From contig CM082585.2 of assembly GCA_040954595.2 (NCBI GenBank), positions 12,580,148 through 12,644,147 on the forward strand: a stretch of DNA of 64,000 bases. The letters run 5' to 3'. Under the pieces are notes generated by a model, which saw nothing but the letters and a program-made list of their open reading frames with translations, was not told the DNA's origin and did no database searches. This DNA comes from Balanoglossus misakiensis (Eukaryota; Animalia; Hemichordata). The position numbers and the translations under genes were made by a program. Positions 1 to 14,200 of the stretch are shown one piece after another (position 1 is the first letter of the stretch; each line of letters starts with the position of its first letter).

Positions 1-216
1 ATCCTTCAAAACCATGTTATGCATTATTGAAGCTGTTACACTAGAAGTCATATCATCATAAAAGTGGAAAATCACAAGCCCTTGTCCACACAAGTCAACC
101 GACTGATTATTTCTCTCAGTTCAAAATACCATAATGCTAATGTTCTCTTCTGAATCACTTCCAGTCATGCCAGTCAAGAAAAAACAAAAAAGTTTTCCGC
201 TAAAGTTTCAACTTAC

Positions 217-380
217 CTATACCTAAACGTTGACCCTCTACTGAACACTCGAGATCGGATTTTAGGGTGTTTGGGTTCCTGCAGTCTGAAGAATGTGTGG
301 TGTTCTACACACACCTTCCAGAAACGCTTGGCTTCATTACGGGAACTGAGAAAGAATTCCATTGTGTCCTTGTAATAACC
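217..380 (-). CDS. FARP1: FARP-like coding exon 9 (end of FERM-C and FERM-adjacent domain)
   Basis: ttacagcag|[54 protein letters not shown]|gtaag; lies within ORF 213..542. Confidence 0.92.
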
Positions 381-3300
381 CTGCTGTAATAAATCATAGC
401 GAACAAAAAGAAACAAATAAAACCCAAAGAAATAAGAAAGAAAGAGAAAAAAGAAAGATTTTGCATCAGCAAGAGTGTTAATATGAATGCAATGGAATGT
501 TAGTAAGATGACAATGTATGATGTGAATAGATGGTGAATCAAGAGGTGTCAAGTTTGGGATATTTCTGATGAATTATTTAATTTTACACAATTCATGGTT
601 GCAATCATTTTTATTATCGCTGACAAATTTGACAAAGATGTATTGTCCTGGTAATATCCACAATTCATTTAAAGTGCTATACCGTGGATTTTAATATTTT
701 TACAGGCACAATCAAACTGTGAACTTAAATTTCACTGATGTGATGATGTATACACTGTACAATGTCATGCACAAGTGATGCGACTTGTTTGAGTGTAAAG
801 CAACAACACAGCTACATAAACTTACTTTACCTTGAAGTCAACATTTTACCACAAAAGATTCACAGTAACACTTACATAGCCTTCTTGGTGTAGTTTGATC
901 AGGAATCGTTTTCTTTTAAAACTGAGCTTCCTGACTTTGGCCCAGGAAAAGGTGTTGATTCTCGTGCCATTACAGAAGACTAAAACACCCATGTGAGCAA
1001 CAGCCAAGTCCAATCGAACTCCATCATGGTCCTGAAAATGTTACAATAATCATCGAACTTTTATAATCATGACAGCCACTGATAAAAGTAAACTCTTTTG
1101 ATGAATCTTTAACTTGGTCACATTAATTCATATCATACCATATGGCTTTCAATTAAACACTACAATAAATCTTACTTTTGCTGGGTAGAGTCTGACACCA
1201 TACATCTCCAATCTTCTGGCGATGTCTAGAAGATTAAAATCTGCATCAGCGGGTGTTTGACCTCTGAAAATAAACACACACCAAAAGATTAGTGTTTATT
1301 TCATTGAATTTTATCACTCATTAATACTAAAGATCTACTTTACATATAATGAGACTGCTTGTGGAAACTACAGTTATTCATCAATTATGGTGCAACAATT
1401 TTATCATTGTTACTTACATGTGATTTTTGTGATATTCCTGTATTTTTGCTTCAATTGGTCTTGTCTGATTTGGTACAAACTTGAACATTGTGATGTATCT
1501 GCCGTTGTCATGGTCCTGTGGAGTGTAATCTCCAACTTCAGCTGAAAGACAGGAAAAGAAAAGCAACGAATGACACGACCAAACGATGAAATGGAGAAAT
1601 GTTCATGAACGCAATGACTGCTGTTTGAATATGAAATTTATTCTGGTGATCTTTATTTTCAGTTGGCAGTTGGTTTTGTTTTTGTTGTAACAGGCATGGT
1701 CACATGATAAAAAGTTTATTGCCCAACATGTCATTTTTGAGTTGTATTGCCATGGTTTTGTGATATCAGGTGATAACCTTATGGTAATTTACACAAGGTC
1801 TAACAACAACACGGCTCCATTAGGTGTAACATTTTGGTATGTTTACAGTATTTTTGTTTTGTATATCTTCTGCAGTTTCTTGTTCCACTGCATATTTGTT
1901 CTACACTCCTTTTTCAAATTCAACCTTTCACAAGATGCTTTAGTAAACATGCTCATGTTTTTTTTTATCCAAATCAGAATTTCTGGTTTTGTCATACATC
2001 AGAATTTGTGAACTCACCCTGTAGAATGTAAGATGCTAATAATGCAATTGTGTTATCAGAGCATGGCAGTCGACCTAGAGACAGATCTCTTTTCACCTGA
2101 AGTGAAAACAAGTACCTGAAAAAGAAGCAACAGTTTGCAAGTCAATGCATCACATTTGTGAATTGCAAAAGTTTGCAATCAGTAGCCAATATTTAAAATC
2201 CTGCCAAGTTACTTGAAGTTTGAAAGCAAGTCAGAGGGATTGTTTTTATTGTTGTTTTGTAGTTTAAGGCAAACCAAAGAGCTTCTGGAAACATATAAAG
2301 TATTACAATTCCATACTTTATATATCTTTGTTTGCATTTGATTGTGTTTTCTATTTTGTGGCTGCTATGTACTTGAAAAAGTCTACCAGAGATACACCCA
2401 TGCACAGTGTCACACACACATACAAACAACCTGGCATTAAATATCCATTTACAGACAGATTTGTAGGGATGAGTAGACATACTTTGTAAATTCATCCTGG
2501 AGCTGTCCTGGGTCAGGATTGTAAAATTTCACGACAAAACGACAAATTGTTTTCTTTGGTGCTGAAAGTGAAAGACATTGAAAATTGAATGAATCACTGG
2601 TGATTGCATTAATATTTGATTGAATATTTCATGCGTGATTGATCACAATGGTTTGAAGACAAGGTTGTGTACACAGATGTGGCAAACAAAGTGATTTTGT
2701 TTTCCAAGAGTACATGTCTGTTACAATCATAAAGTCAGTCAGCTAGAAATACTACCAGTACAAGACAGTTTTAGTATTTGTTTTTATTTTGCAAAAGGAC
2801 AGTTATAGAAATAAAACATTTATGAGTCTGACTGATCAAATTCTAGAGTTGGTATTTGGACAAATTGATTTGACTGTAGTAAGGTTATGATGTGTAAGGC
2901 CATGTCAAATATAACTAATAGTTTTTGTAAGGGTAGGATGTGATGAAATTTGGCGTATCTATGACGGGAATAGATCTGACAGAGTAAGGGTTCTGTCAGT
3001 GACAAAGTTTGTTCTTAGGGTAACAGATTGTGACAGTGTAGTTCTGAAAAGGTTGTAGTTGACCTGTTGGTCATTACTTACATCCCACTTGTTTTAGAAT
3101 TGGCTTTTCAAGCTCCAGCCAAATCTGAAAATTAAAATAGTAACATCAAATTTAAGCAACACACAAAGAGAAGGATTCTGCAGAGAAGAAATACTAGAAT
3201 TGTTAATTCAATCAGTTAATCTGATGTAGTACCATTTTAATAAACCAATCAGATGAAAGGTACCATGTCAATAAGCCAATCAGATGAGTAATGTAACATG

Positions 3301-6300
3301 AACTTGACTTACATCCTTTCCTTTGTGTGTAAACTCCACACCAAAATAGTCGCACTCAAAAAGTCCTTGGGCGTGGCAGCATGCATCAAACAATTCCCTA
3401 CCTGGTCCTTCTTTCTGTAAAAGATAAAAACATAACAAGAACATAATGAAAACATGTCAGAACATGACAAGTCCTACACATCAGACTGGGATCATTCATT
3501 GCTGATTTAGTGGATCTGTCTGAAGGATGTCCGATAGAAAAATATTTGTAATCAAAGTCACACCGGTATCACAGGAGGGATCCGTATTCATTAAAACAGA
3601 ACACAACAGCAAACTGAATAATATCAGCCCCAATAAAAATGTGGCATGTGTCACAACACACTCTCATTCCAACAACTTATGCAGTGAAATTTATTTTGTT
3701 CTATTTTAATTATTGATGGAAAAAGGTATTAGTAGATTGAACCAACCTCTACGTGCCATATGTTTTTGCGAGTGACTACCTGATCTAAATCAAACTGGTT
3801 TATATGCCTACATTTCCCCTCTCATCTCAAAGAGTTTATTGTACAAACTGTCTTGGCCTTGAACACAATCCATCTCATGAGCACAGCCATATTTTTCTGA
3901 CAAGGTTTTCAACTGAAAGGACTGTCTGCATTTCTGCTTCCGTCTTAGGGATCATATTTCATGCATTCAATGTGTCCCTACTATCAAGCTACACGTACAT
4001 AAAATTTGTGGTAAGAATTCATTCTGATTGTTGTCCAATTTACAGTAAGAACTATGGATCTTTAAAACTCAGTGAATTCAATGTATGACCAGCACCAATA
4101 TTCTAAGCGCTAAGCGAATGAGATACAGGTCTACATCAGACAATGGACCGTCATAAGACCAGTAATAAATTTATCTCTGACTTGATTTTGCAACTCTCTC
4201 TGATATCACACAACCTTGCAATCAATACATGTACAGCAGTTACCGGCCAATCTAATATCTACTTTCACTTGTTTCCATGGCAACAATGCTCTTGAGTGAC
4301 TGAAACTATACTTCCTAAATGAAATACATGTACTAGCGAGGTTACAGCATCGACGGATCATTAGCTGAGGTCTTGGCTTGTAAAGCAAGATTGTCTAATA
4401 TGACATTGTTTATTTTAAATTGTCTTTGTGTATTAAATGAAAGTAACATCAGAAACCCACTTATTATCAAATTCTGCGAAAAGGCACAGATCAATGGTTG
4501 TACAATCAGTTCAGATCTATATTTGGATTTTCTCAGCACATTTTCCCCACACATACATGTAATCTGGGTCATTCGTCTAGAGTTAAAACGCCACATTTTT
4601 TAAAGACACCATCTTACATTTGTACCAGGAATTTGTTTATGTTCTGCTTACTGTTATGATAGATTGAATCACTGGTCCATTACAACTGTACTATACTTGG
4701 CATAGCTGTATGTACATTAGCCCGGAGACCAGGGCGTAGGGGAAAAGAAACGCCCGGGGACAGTCTCTATTTACGCACAGAATTCTGTGCGCAGAACTAC
4801 ACGGGTGGTAAATCTTGCATGTAAGCTAATTGGTCACTCAATGTAAACCAAATGACATCATCGCATTCTAAATAAGGAAATAGACGTGGAGCCACCAAGT
4901 ATGTTTTCAAAACGGGGATGTGGGAGTGGTTTTGAAGGTGTATGAATATTCATAACCAAGCTTTGTTAATTATATCATCCAACCACTGGCGCCCGTCAAC
5001 ATTTGATAGATCACTCGTTATTCATTCGTTACTAAGTGACCCTGATCGTTGCCAGGGCTACTATCTTTCAGCAAAGGCTGGTAATCCCCGTATTTAGTGG
5101 GAGTTGGAGGAGCCTTGATCAAACCTCAGGCTTGTTTGAAACCTGAACATTCTCTCCCAGAATCACCTGGGTCGGATACAAAGGTTTATCACAATACATA
5201 CATGTAGGTGTTTCTCTTCAGAATATAATGAGCTGTTGATACACTCCTGATCTGTAAGGGTCTGAGAGGAGAAGGCTCCCCTAACCCAGGAGCGAGTGAA
5301 TGGCAAATCACAGGAACAACTGCATGGTGCCTCATAATCTGATGATGACAAAACATGCATCAGGGCCATAACCCAGTTCTATGATCTGCCTTCTTCCTCT
5401 ATTTCAACATGTCTGTAAAGAGATATTTGTTTTCATTTTCTATCTTGGAAATTGCCACCCCAAAAACTACACTACAATGCATGTAGTGCTACAGTTAAAA
5501 GCTTGCTTGTAAACTGCTTAACACCTGAGACTGAATTGCTTAAGGGATTCTGACACACTTGTATGTTTTACAACCAAAGAGAATGGTATCTGAAATATGT
5601 AAGAAGACTAAAAATACTAACATGTAACCTACAGTGCAGCTTAGGAATAGCTTTCCAACTGCACCAACACTGGGTCAGCTCTGTTTAAACACTGGGTCAA
5701 CTCTGGGTTGGCACCCTATTGGCGCTCTAATTAGCACCTATTGGGCTTGTGTTTAACTGGGGTGTTCCAAAACAATAGGGTGCGCCAAGGTGCTAACACT
5801 GAACAATGCCAAGTGCCAGGGCCAACAGATTCACACCTTTGTAACACTTGGAACACACAGGCTAACACTGTGTGCCAAAACAATAGGGTGCGCCAAGGTT
5901 TAACACCTTTGTAGCACATGCTAACACTGAACAATGCCAAGTGCCAGGGCCAATAGATTCACACCTTTGTAACACTTGGAACACACAGGCTAACACTGTG
6001 TTGGCTCATTATAAACACCGTGTCAGCAAGTTGTTAGCAAATTGGAAAGCTATTCCTAAGCTGCACTGTAGTTAGCAATGAACTGTGACCATGCATGAAA
6101 CACTCGCAGCAGAAATGAATCCAATGCTTTACAAGTCACTTCAGTTGCAAGTATTGCAGGGTTTATAATAAGTGTTCACTAGAAAACACTTTTATCAAAT
6201 TATTCTTCAGACAATGAGTTGATTGAATGTAAATGTGGACACAGTAAATTTCACTTTCAGAATAGGAAATTAAATTTCTTAAGAATATTGCAATGACATA

Positions 6301-8223
6301 CACTGCTTTGCACTTTGAGATAGTCCACTCTATAACCTTCAATCTTCATAAATGCCAACTACATCTGACATGTATAGTTCTGTGTATGCTCTCAAGTGAT
6401 ATCACTGATATGTTTTCGCATTAAATTGATGGTGTTTTGAGGGAAGCTGTTTATGTTGTTCCATCAAATCAGCTGAAATAGATGAATACAGTTCAACTCA
6501 CACTCTGAATTATGAAAATATTTTGATGACATAATTTCATTTGGGTATTTCCCTTACATGATGTCACAGACATAATCCTTCCATGTAAATCTTTCACACA
6601 GGAAAGTATTTGGATTATGATGTAAACCTCTATAAACTAGATATATCTGCTATTGAAAAAAATTTCCTTGTCATTTAATGACTAGTTTGGATAGTTTTTA
6701 CTGCATGGTGTATGAATTTGTTCACTACTGGTAGATTGTGTTGGTATATTAACACTGGGAGTTTTCCTAGAATATTTATTCAGGGATTTGAGAGTACCAA
6801 CAATTTGAACAGTGCACATCCCATGTCTGAACAAACCTTGTAACAGAGAGGCACATGTATGTACATGTAACAGAGATATTCTTAGTTCTGAGTAAAGATT
6901 TTTTGGAGTCAGATTTTGATTTTCAATACACGTTTACAATGTAGATCATCAGAACACACAGGCTTACACTGTTTTACAGAATAGTTGAACTACAATGACC
7001 AGACACAAAACTAACACGATGAAAAATAAATGTGTGAACTGAATCAACATACACTCTTTATCTCTCGCAAACAAAATCAGACATAATTCATATCTGAGTT
7101 GTGAATTTCCTGGCGATAAAAATATCCCGGAAGATCAGCCATGTGCCCTCTGTGTCCTTCCAGGCAGTGAAACAAGAAACTGGAAGTGTAAACACAATTA
7201 GAAACAGTATCCGAAAATATAGAATTTGTACACAGTGACGAGATAACAGGGGGGTTCACATAATACAGTTTATACCAGCATTTCACAGTTGTAGATTTTC
7301 TGGTCAATGTTATATTTAAACTGGCTCAAGATAACCAATGTAGACATTTTATGTCAGATAAGTTTGGTCATGTTAGGAAGAAGGGGTATACATGTACATG
7401 TAAGTCTGATGTAATGTCTACGTCAGACAAAATATCACATGTGTGGATGCATAATGTGAGCCATGGTCAATGTGCGTGCCACACAATGGTGACTTCTCCA
7501 TCATCAACAAACCCAATTTTCTCATCCAAGAGATGTTGAAGATTTCTCAGCTGGTATGTCCCATAGCATCATCACACAAAGTCTAAGGGAATTAAACAAG
7601 ATTCTCTGTTAGTTCTCTAACAGTTAGTTAGACATTTCATGGGTCTGTTTTGTCAACACAGAGAAATGCCTTTCCCATATAGGGTCATTTCCATTAGAGT
7701 ATCCCTTCCATGATAGCTTCCATTAGGATTTTCAGTGTTTGCCCTTTTAGCGTAATCATATTAAATACAAACTGTACATGGCAAACACATTAACAGGTAA
7801 AATCTAATTCAAGTTCTACCTTCTGCCTTCCACATTTTCATTTTTCCCATGATCCCTTTTATCATACATTCAATGACGTTGCCGTTTGCAGGTCGATAGA
7901 TCAAGTGAAGCCCAAATTAGGTCAGTGAGATAAATTTCAATGCCTATGATGGCATAATTTAATCGCTCGCTCATGAATGGGGTGATTTATCAGGGCCTTG
8001 AAGGTGGCCCATGAGCCTACATGTAGATCAGGGCATGTCGATTCCACCCTTGCCTGTATATAAGACGGGAGGGCGACCTAGGTCATGTTTTCCACGAGTG
8101 ACGTTGGGCGACCTAGGTCGTGTCTTCCACGATTATGGTGTTCTTTTACAGTTATCTACAACATCGACAAACATAGCAAGAAATGACACATTGATTTTTA
8201 AATTTTTTTTTATTACCAATCTT

Positions 8224-8255
<32 letters not shown>

Positions 8256-11200
8256 TAACAACAACAATTCCTAAGCCCCCTGTGTTCTGATGTCGGTCAA
8301 TCCATCTCCTTCAGTCTGACTAGTCTAAAAATAATAAGTTGAACTTTTTTCAAGAAAGAATTCAAGCTACTCCCTGATGTTGCTTTTATATTGACAGAAC
8401 AATGTTTCATTAGAAATTTACACAACCTGAGTTAGCTTGAAAAGCTCGGCTACTGAATAATCATACTATATTGCATTTCACAACAAAATCTGCAAGCACA
8501 GCTGGCCACCACACATACAATTATACCTGCTACTGTGAGCACAGCCTGACTGAATGACCTGAAACTGATATTGAGTCAAATAGCCAAGGCTATCATGATC
8601 CTGACTTGAAAAATTACCCAAATCAAATAAATCTACCATTTCTGCACATGGCAGTTAATCATATCACAGCCAAAGACATGGGTTATAATTTGTGGGTAAG
8701 GTCAAAGGTGAACTGATGATGAGCTGTGTTATTTTGACCAAACCTCAAAGATTGGTGCTTCTGAGTTTATAAGCATTTGTGTAAATAAAGCAAATCCCAT
8801 ATTATATTTTTGTTTCCTTCAATAAGGTAGGCTGCATGTTTGGTAAACTAGACTATTTCAAATATCTCATTTTTTAAAAATTCAATGGTTTTAGTGTATC
8901 CTACCAATCTTGGTACGTTTCACAGATTCTTGGATATAAATCCTTTCAAATATTTGAGTATTTAACTGTTCAAGCTGAAAAGCCTTCGAAGCTCTAAAGT
9001 TGTTGAGTGTTATCCTCTACATACATTGAAGATTACAGCTATCCTATCCTATACACCATCATGTCATTCACAAATACAACTATGTTGTATTATGTGGGTT
9101 TTTGTGTTGCACCTGGATTTCTGTCCATTTTCATAACCTTTACATGATCATCTATCCTGTTATTTTCTCAGTATTAAATGCACCAGTTTGGTTATTCAGT
9201 AAAAGGCCATAAAAATCAAGCAGTTTCAAACTGAACTGTGCTCTTAAATCAATATTATGCAAAAAATTGCTTTTCTCATAACAATGACTTGAATACCACA
9301 TACCACCAAAAATACCAGGATGTGAGGTCATGAAAATGACTGAGTGACTTTCAATTGGTAGGCTATATAAATTGACAAATGCTAAACCATTACTGATATC
9401 ACAAAATTATGTAATTGAATTCTTTAGTTGGAATTGGATCCAATTCAAATCCAACATATATGATATCATGACTGAAGGCGGTAGTGTACAATATGTAAAT
9501 TTACTGAACTCTAAGTCAGTACAGTTTATTATATTCTAAATTTATGAGTCTTTTAATTACCACAATAGTGAATGTTTTAGGGTAAAGGTATTTGCATTGA
9601 TTCATGTATACTTCAGGTATTTCAAGTGTCTAAAATGACCAAATGATACCATATTGAAATGTACATGTATAATAATATGTACCCTACCGATAGATGGCTG
9701 CATTGCACCGAGCCCAGTCTATTAGTCCCACTGGACTATGATAGTGGGGACTAATAATTAATCTCTTATTAATAAAATGACAAATATGATTTTCTTCTCT
9801 TAAATCAAATATCATAATACACTTTTCATCATCTCATATGATCAACATTCATGCCTTATATCATAATAATAATTGGAAATTTATGGTTTCATTTTTCCCA
9901 TAAATGCTTTATTGAACTTTATCATTCATAGAAAACCAGATTAGATTGTAAATCTAAGCAAGTTTTACACCATATATCATACCATCTTTTGATCTTTTGA
10001 AAAGCCAATATGATAAATTCAGTAAGGACACTATCTCCATTCTGAGCTTTGCATCTTTCATTCATTCGTTTTTCCATCCATCGATTCATTCAATCTCTTT
10101 ATGTTATGTGGAACCTCGGTACATTGTACCAGTATGCAAGTATATAATATATACGTTTGTATCAAACTATAAAAAGCCTTGTGCTAATATAATAATTTTG
10201 CCTTATTCTCACTTTTCAGTTTATATATCAGACACTCCTTTATATCAGAAACATTTCTATTACATGTACCTTGATGCCAATGTTTCTCAATCAAATAATG
10301 GGAGTCCATGCATATTTTGTGTTTTGTTATGAAATGTGCTACACAATCATGGTTGGCAGCATACATGTATACAACAACAAAATGGTAAAGGCATGCTTAT
10401 TGAACCATATCACACACACAGGGTTGACAATCAGGAGTTATGAAGGATATCCATCTGAATTCATGGAATACTTGAAATCCTTCATTAGTATCCCACTGAG
10501 AATACACTAACTCTGTGTAACTGTTTCATGCCACTGGATTCATGGGGTCAAAGGACACACAACTGTAAAAGTACACCTCATTCTCTATCTGTAAGAACAG
10601 CTGAAACTCTGGAAAAATATCCCCTGTATCTTAAATACTTGGAAAACGGGTGATAAAATAACCCTGATGCATGGCAGTAGTTCTGTTGATTAATTAATAC
10701 GTTTCAGGCAACTATGTACAATAGCTGACAGCAACAATTGACAATGTAAATTGCACAATGAATTTTCTTTTTCTATATGTTCAGCATGTTATCATACATC
10801 TGTGGTCCTATAAAGATTTGTGACACTCAACAAGAATGGAAATGTGTCGCAGAGAATACTTTAGTATGTGCACTGCCATACATTACATACACGCAGAAAG
10901 ACATATGCAGATACATGAACGCATAAATGTACGTGAACACATACCCATATATTTACACATGCACACACATAGAATTAACTGGTAGTACCGGCCATTACAA
11001 TTATCAGACCCAGACATATCTGCCATGACTTGACTGAACTATTATAATGAAAGTACATGTACATATATGCAGCTTGCGCCTTTTTATTCTGCAGTAATTA
11101 GATCATTTGCATAGCCACACAACTACTGGTACATATACTCAATATACATGAAGTGTAGTGAGAATCAGCATGTTTTATTGTGACAATTTATTTTTTATTA

Positions 11201-14200
11201 TAACACAGCCATTTTGGTTGAGCTTATATATTCATGGCACCAGATGTTTTTGTAGCTGCAGTGAGCGATACAAAACACAGCAGATATACATCATGTATAA
11301 ATACCCTGGCCATGCAGTCTGGCAATGGTAACCAACTTCCGCAACATACCTGCAACTACATCTTATAATATGGCCATGTATAGACTGGGGTTCCATACAT
11401 GTCAGGCAATGGGGTTGCCACATTTTGTAATAAACACCCCCCCCCCACATTCTATTTTAACCCTTTCAACCCCAGTTCCCTCCAGAGAGGTCCAACTGTA
11501 CCATAGAAAACAGTGACCTTGGTAGCAAAATTTGTCCTAATTCTTGCAGTACATTCAGCAGGACACTAAAAATATAAAGCAGGATTAAAATTCTGAACAT
11601 GTACTATAAATAAACCTTTATCAACCTTATTCAAACTGTACTGTTCTCTATCTCTGTCTTTGATACCATCTGCTAACATGTTTGACCTTTTCACTATAAA
11701 CAGAAACTTCAGTTTACAGCTTGACTGAGACAACAGTTTTGTTCAACTGATGGTTATTTTTAGTCATAAGATACTTTTGCTGTTCCAAGTTCCCATTTTG
11801 GACTGTTTGTACATGTATGCATCAAAAACTATCACCACAATGAAGTGTATCTATTGACAAATTGAATTTGTAACACTTGCTCTGATTGGTCACACACTGG
11901 TTGGTTTGGAAGTGTACATGTATATGAATATTATGTTTATATTCAACATCCAAATATAACAAAATATGAAAGAATCTGTAAAAATGCACTTCATAAAGTA
12001 ACAGAATTTCGTCATATATGTACTTGATGACTCATAACAAAATAGAGCTGCTTGAAACAGAATTTGGTATCTGTCCATATTTAGTATTTAATGATTAATA
12101 TGTATGATTGATTTGCAGTTTTATATTCCTCAGTAAGTAATTGAAAAAATGCCACATTCAGAACAAGATATTATCTTATTATCAATAGTCTTGTCATAAT
12201 TCAATCTGTGGCTATTCTTATCGTCATTCTGTCTTTGGAGGCCAATAAAACAGAATTTCAGTGATGTGCACTTTCAAATTAAACAGAAAATCCAAAGTCA
12301 TAAATTATCTTTTATGTTCTCTGAATGCAAATAATTCACGTTTTCAGGACTTTTCACTATGATTAGCGTTTTACAGAGTTGAGACGGATTTTAACAGCCA
12401 CAGCTGTGCTTAGTTTTGCAATCACCAAACTAGACTACGGTAAAATACCGAATGGTGCTTCACATCACACTGCAACTTTCTCTGATGTTGATTCAGTGCC
12501 AACATTTTTCTTTTGGTGGATGACAATGGTGGACATACATTGTACATGTACATGTACCACGAGTAGGTACATGTATTTTTGTAAAATGTGCTGAGAGTTA
12601 TAACCACTGGAACACCTCAACTAATTACATGTACAAGCTGTTCAATGCATCAAACAGGCTGTTTTAGGATGCAAATGTGTCAATTAATGTTTAGAATACA
12701 ACCTCCGTGACAACATCGCTGTTTAATACTGGTAGCAACACATATCTACAATATATTATACCAAAAATTGCCACACTTATGTCGGTTTAGTAACCACTTA
12801 CGTACAATTTTCTTCCATTAATTGTGCTAAATCACGGCACGTTAACAATATGTTTAGACATCCAGGCAGACAGAATTCACTTCTAGCCCTATTTTAAGGT
12901 CAATCCACACACACATAATTGTAGTTTATTCATGTGTGAAGTGACATTGCAGACAGCAGAAAGAGCTAATTCTCCGAGCAATCGGACTATTGCCTGGGGG
13001 TCTCTTTCCTGAATATTGACACATCTCTCTTGCATCATTGTCCATAATGCAGAAACATTTTGATTGGCACAGATGGCTTTATTTTCTCCTAAAGGTCTCT
13101 TTTTTTTTGGCTGAGCAAAGAATGAATCTGTAAATCATTAATAATGTCAATTTGCACTATTAAAAGTTAACATTTTTTCAAATTATATTAACAAATAAAA
13201 ATACAATTTTAATATATATTTTAACATAACATGTAACAACGTGAAAACATTATTAGGTAACTCATTTGCACATCAGCTATGCAACAATCACAATTTAAAA
13301 CATAAATGACATATTATGAAAGTCAATATTCCAGTGCCACTGCAATGCTGTCAGTGGGCCTCTGTAATAATTACAATTTTAGATATATTTCTGAGACAAT
13401 TTTTCTCTGTGACCTGAAAGTACTGTAGAGCAATCACTCTTCATAAAATCAGACATGTTTGCAGGGCATCGTCAATCATGCTATCTAACAGAGTCTATGG
13501 TATATTTCACTATGAACTCCAAATGACGTATTCCAAAGTTGAACTGTACAGGTTATCTGTGTGTAAACACTGAGGTAACAATCCTCACTTTGCATGTCTT
13601 CAGGAGCTAAAAAGAGTAACAGCATCACTACGGATATCTCTACTTGGCTGCAACATGATCATGCTCGCAGAAGTTGAAATCTGACAAGACACACTATTCA
13701 CTGAAATCAGATCACCCATTATCACCAATAAACCTCCATTTTATGATACAGACATGATTTGTTTGACTGTGACCCCATAACACGGCACACACAAAGGTTG
13801 TGCAGAAACTGCATTTTGCACAGACATAACGGTGTTTGATATCTAGCTGAACTGGCACAAAGATGTAATTTCATAGATATCTCGTATTAAAAGCCATGCA
13901 CGTTGTCTCAACAGTAACAGTACAGGAAGAATGGTAACCCAACGATTGTGATACACGATTTAGCAGATTAAACCTACATGTATATGTGTATCAGAACATG
14001 TTAAATTGATCAATTATCTTGGCATTTTTCACTGAAAAGTAAGATGTCATTTTGTACAAAGAGCTGATACTATGACCTGACTGACTAGAATTTCATACCA
14101 AGTAGCAAATGGTTTGGTTTCACGACTATCTGCCACCCACTAAGTGATGCTGGGTAATCTATGATGCTTGGACGACCCAGACTCATTAGTAGCCAGTAGA

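Noticed and set aside
9720-9756. Short hairpin TATTAGTCCCACT...AGTGGGGACTAATA
   Set aside because: Resembles a terminal hairpin of a rolling-circle-type element fragment, but no other part of an element could be identified.
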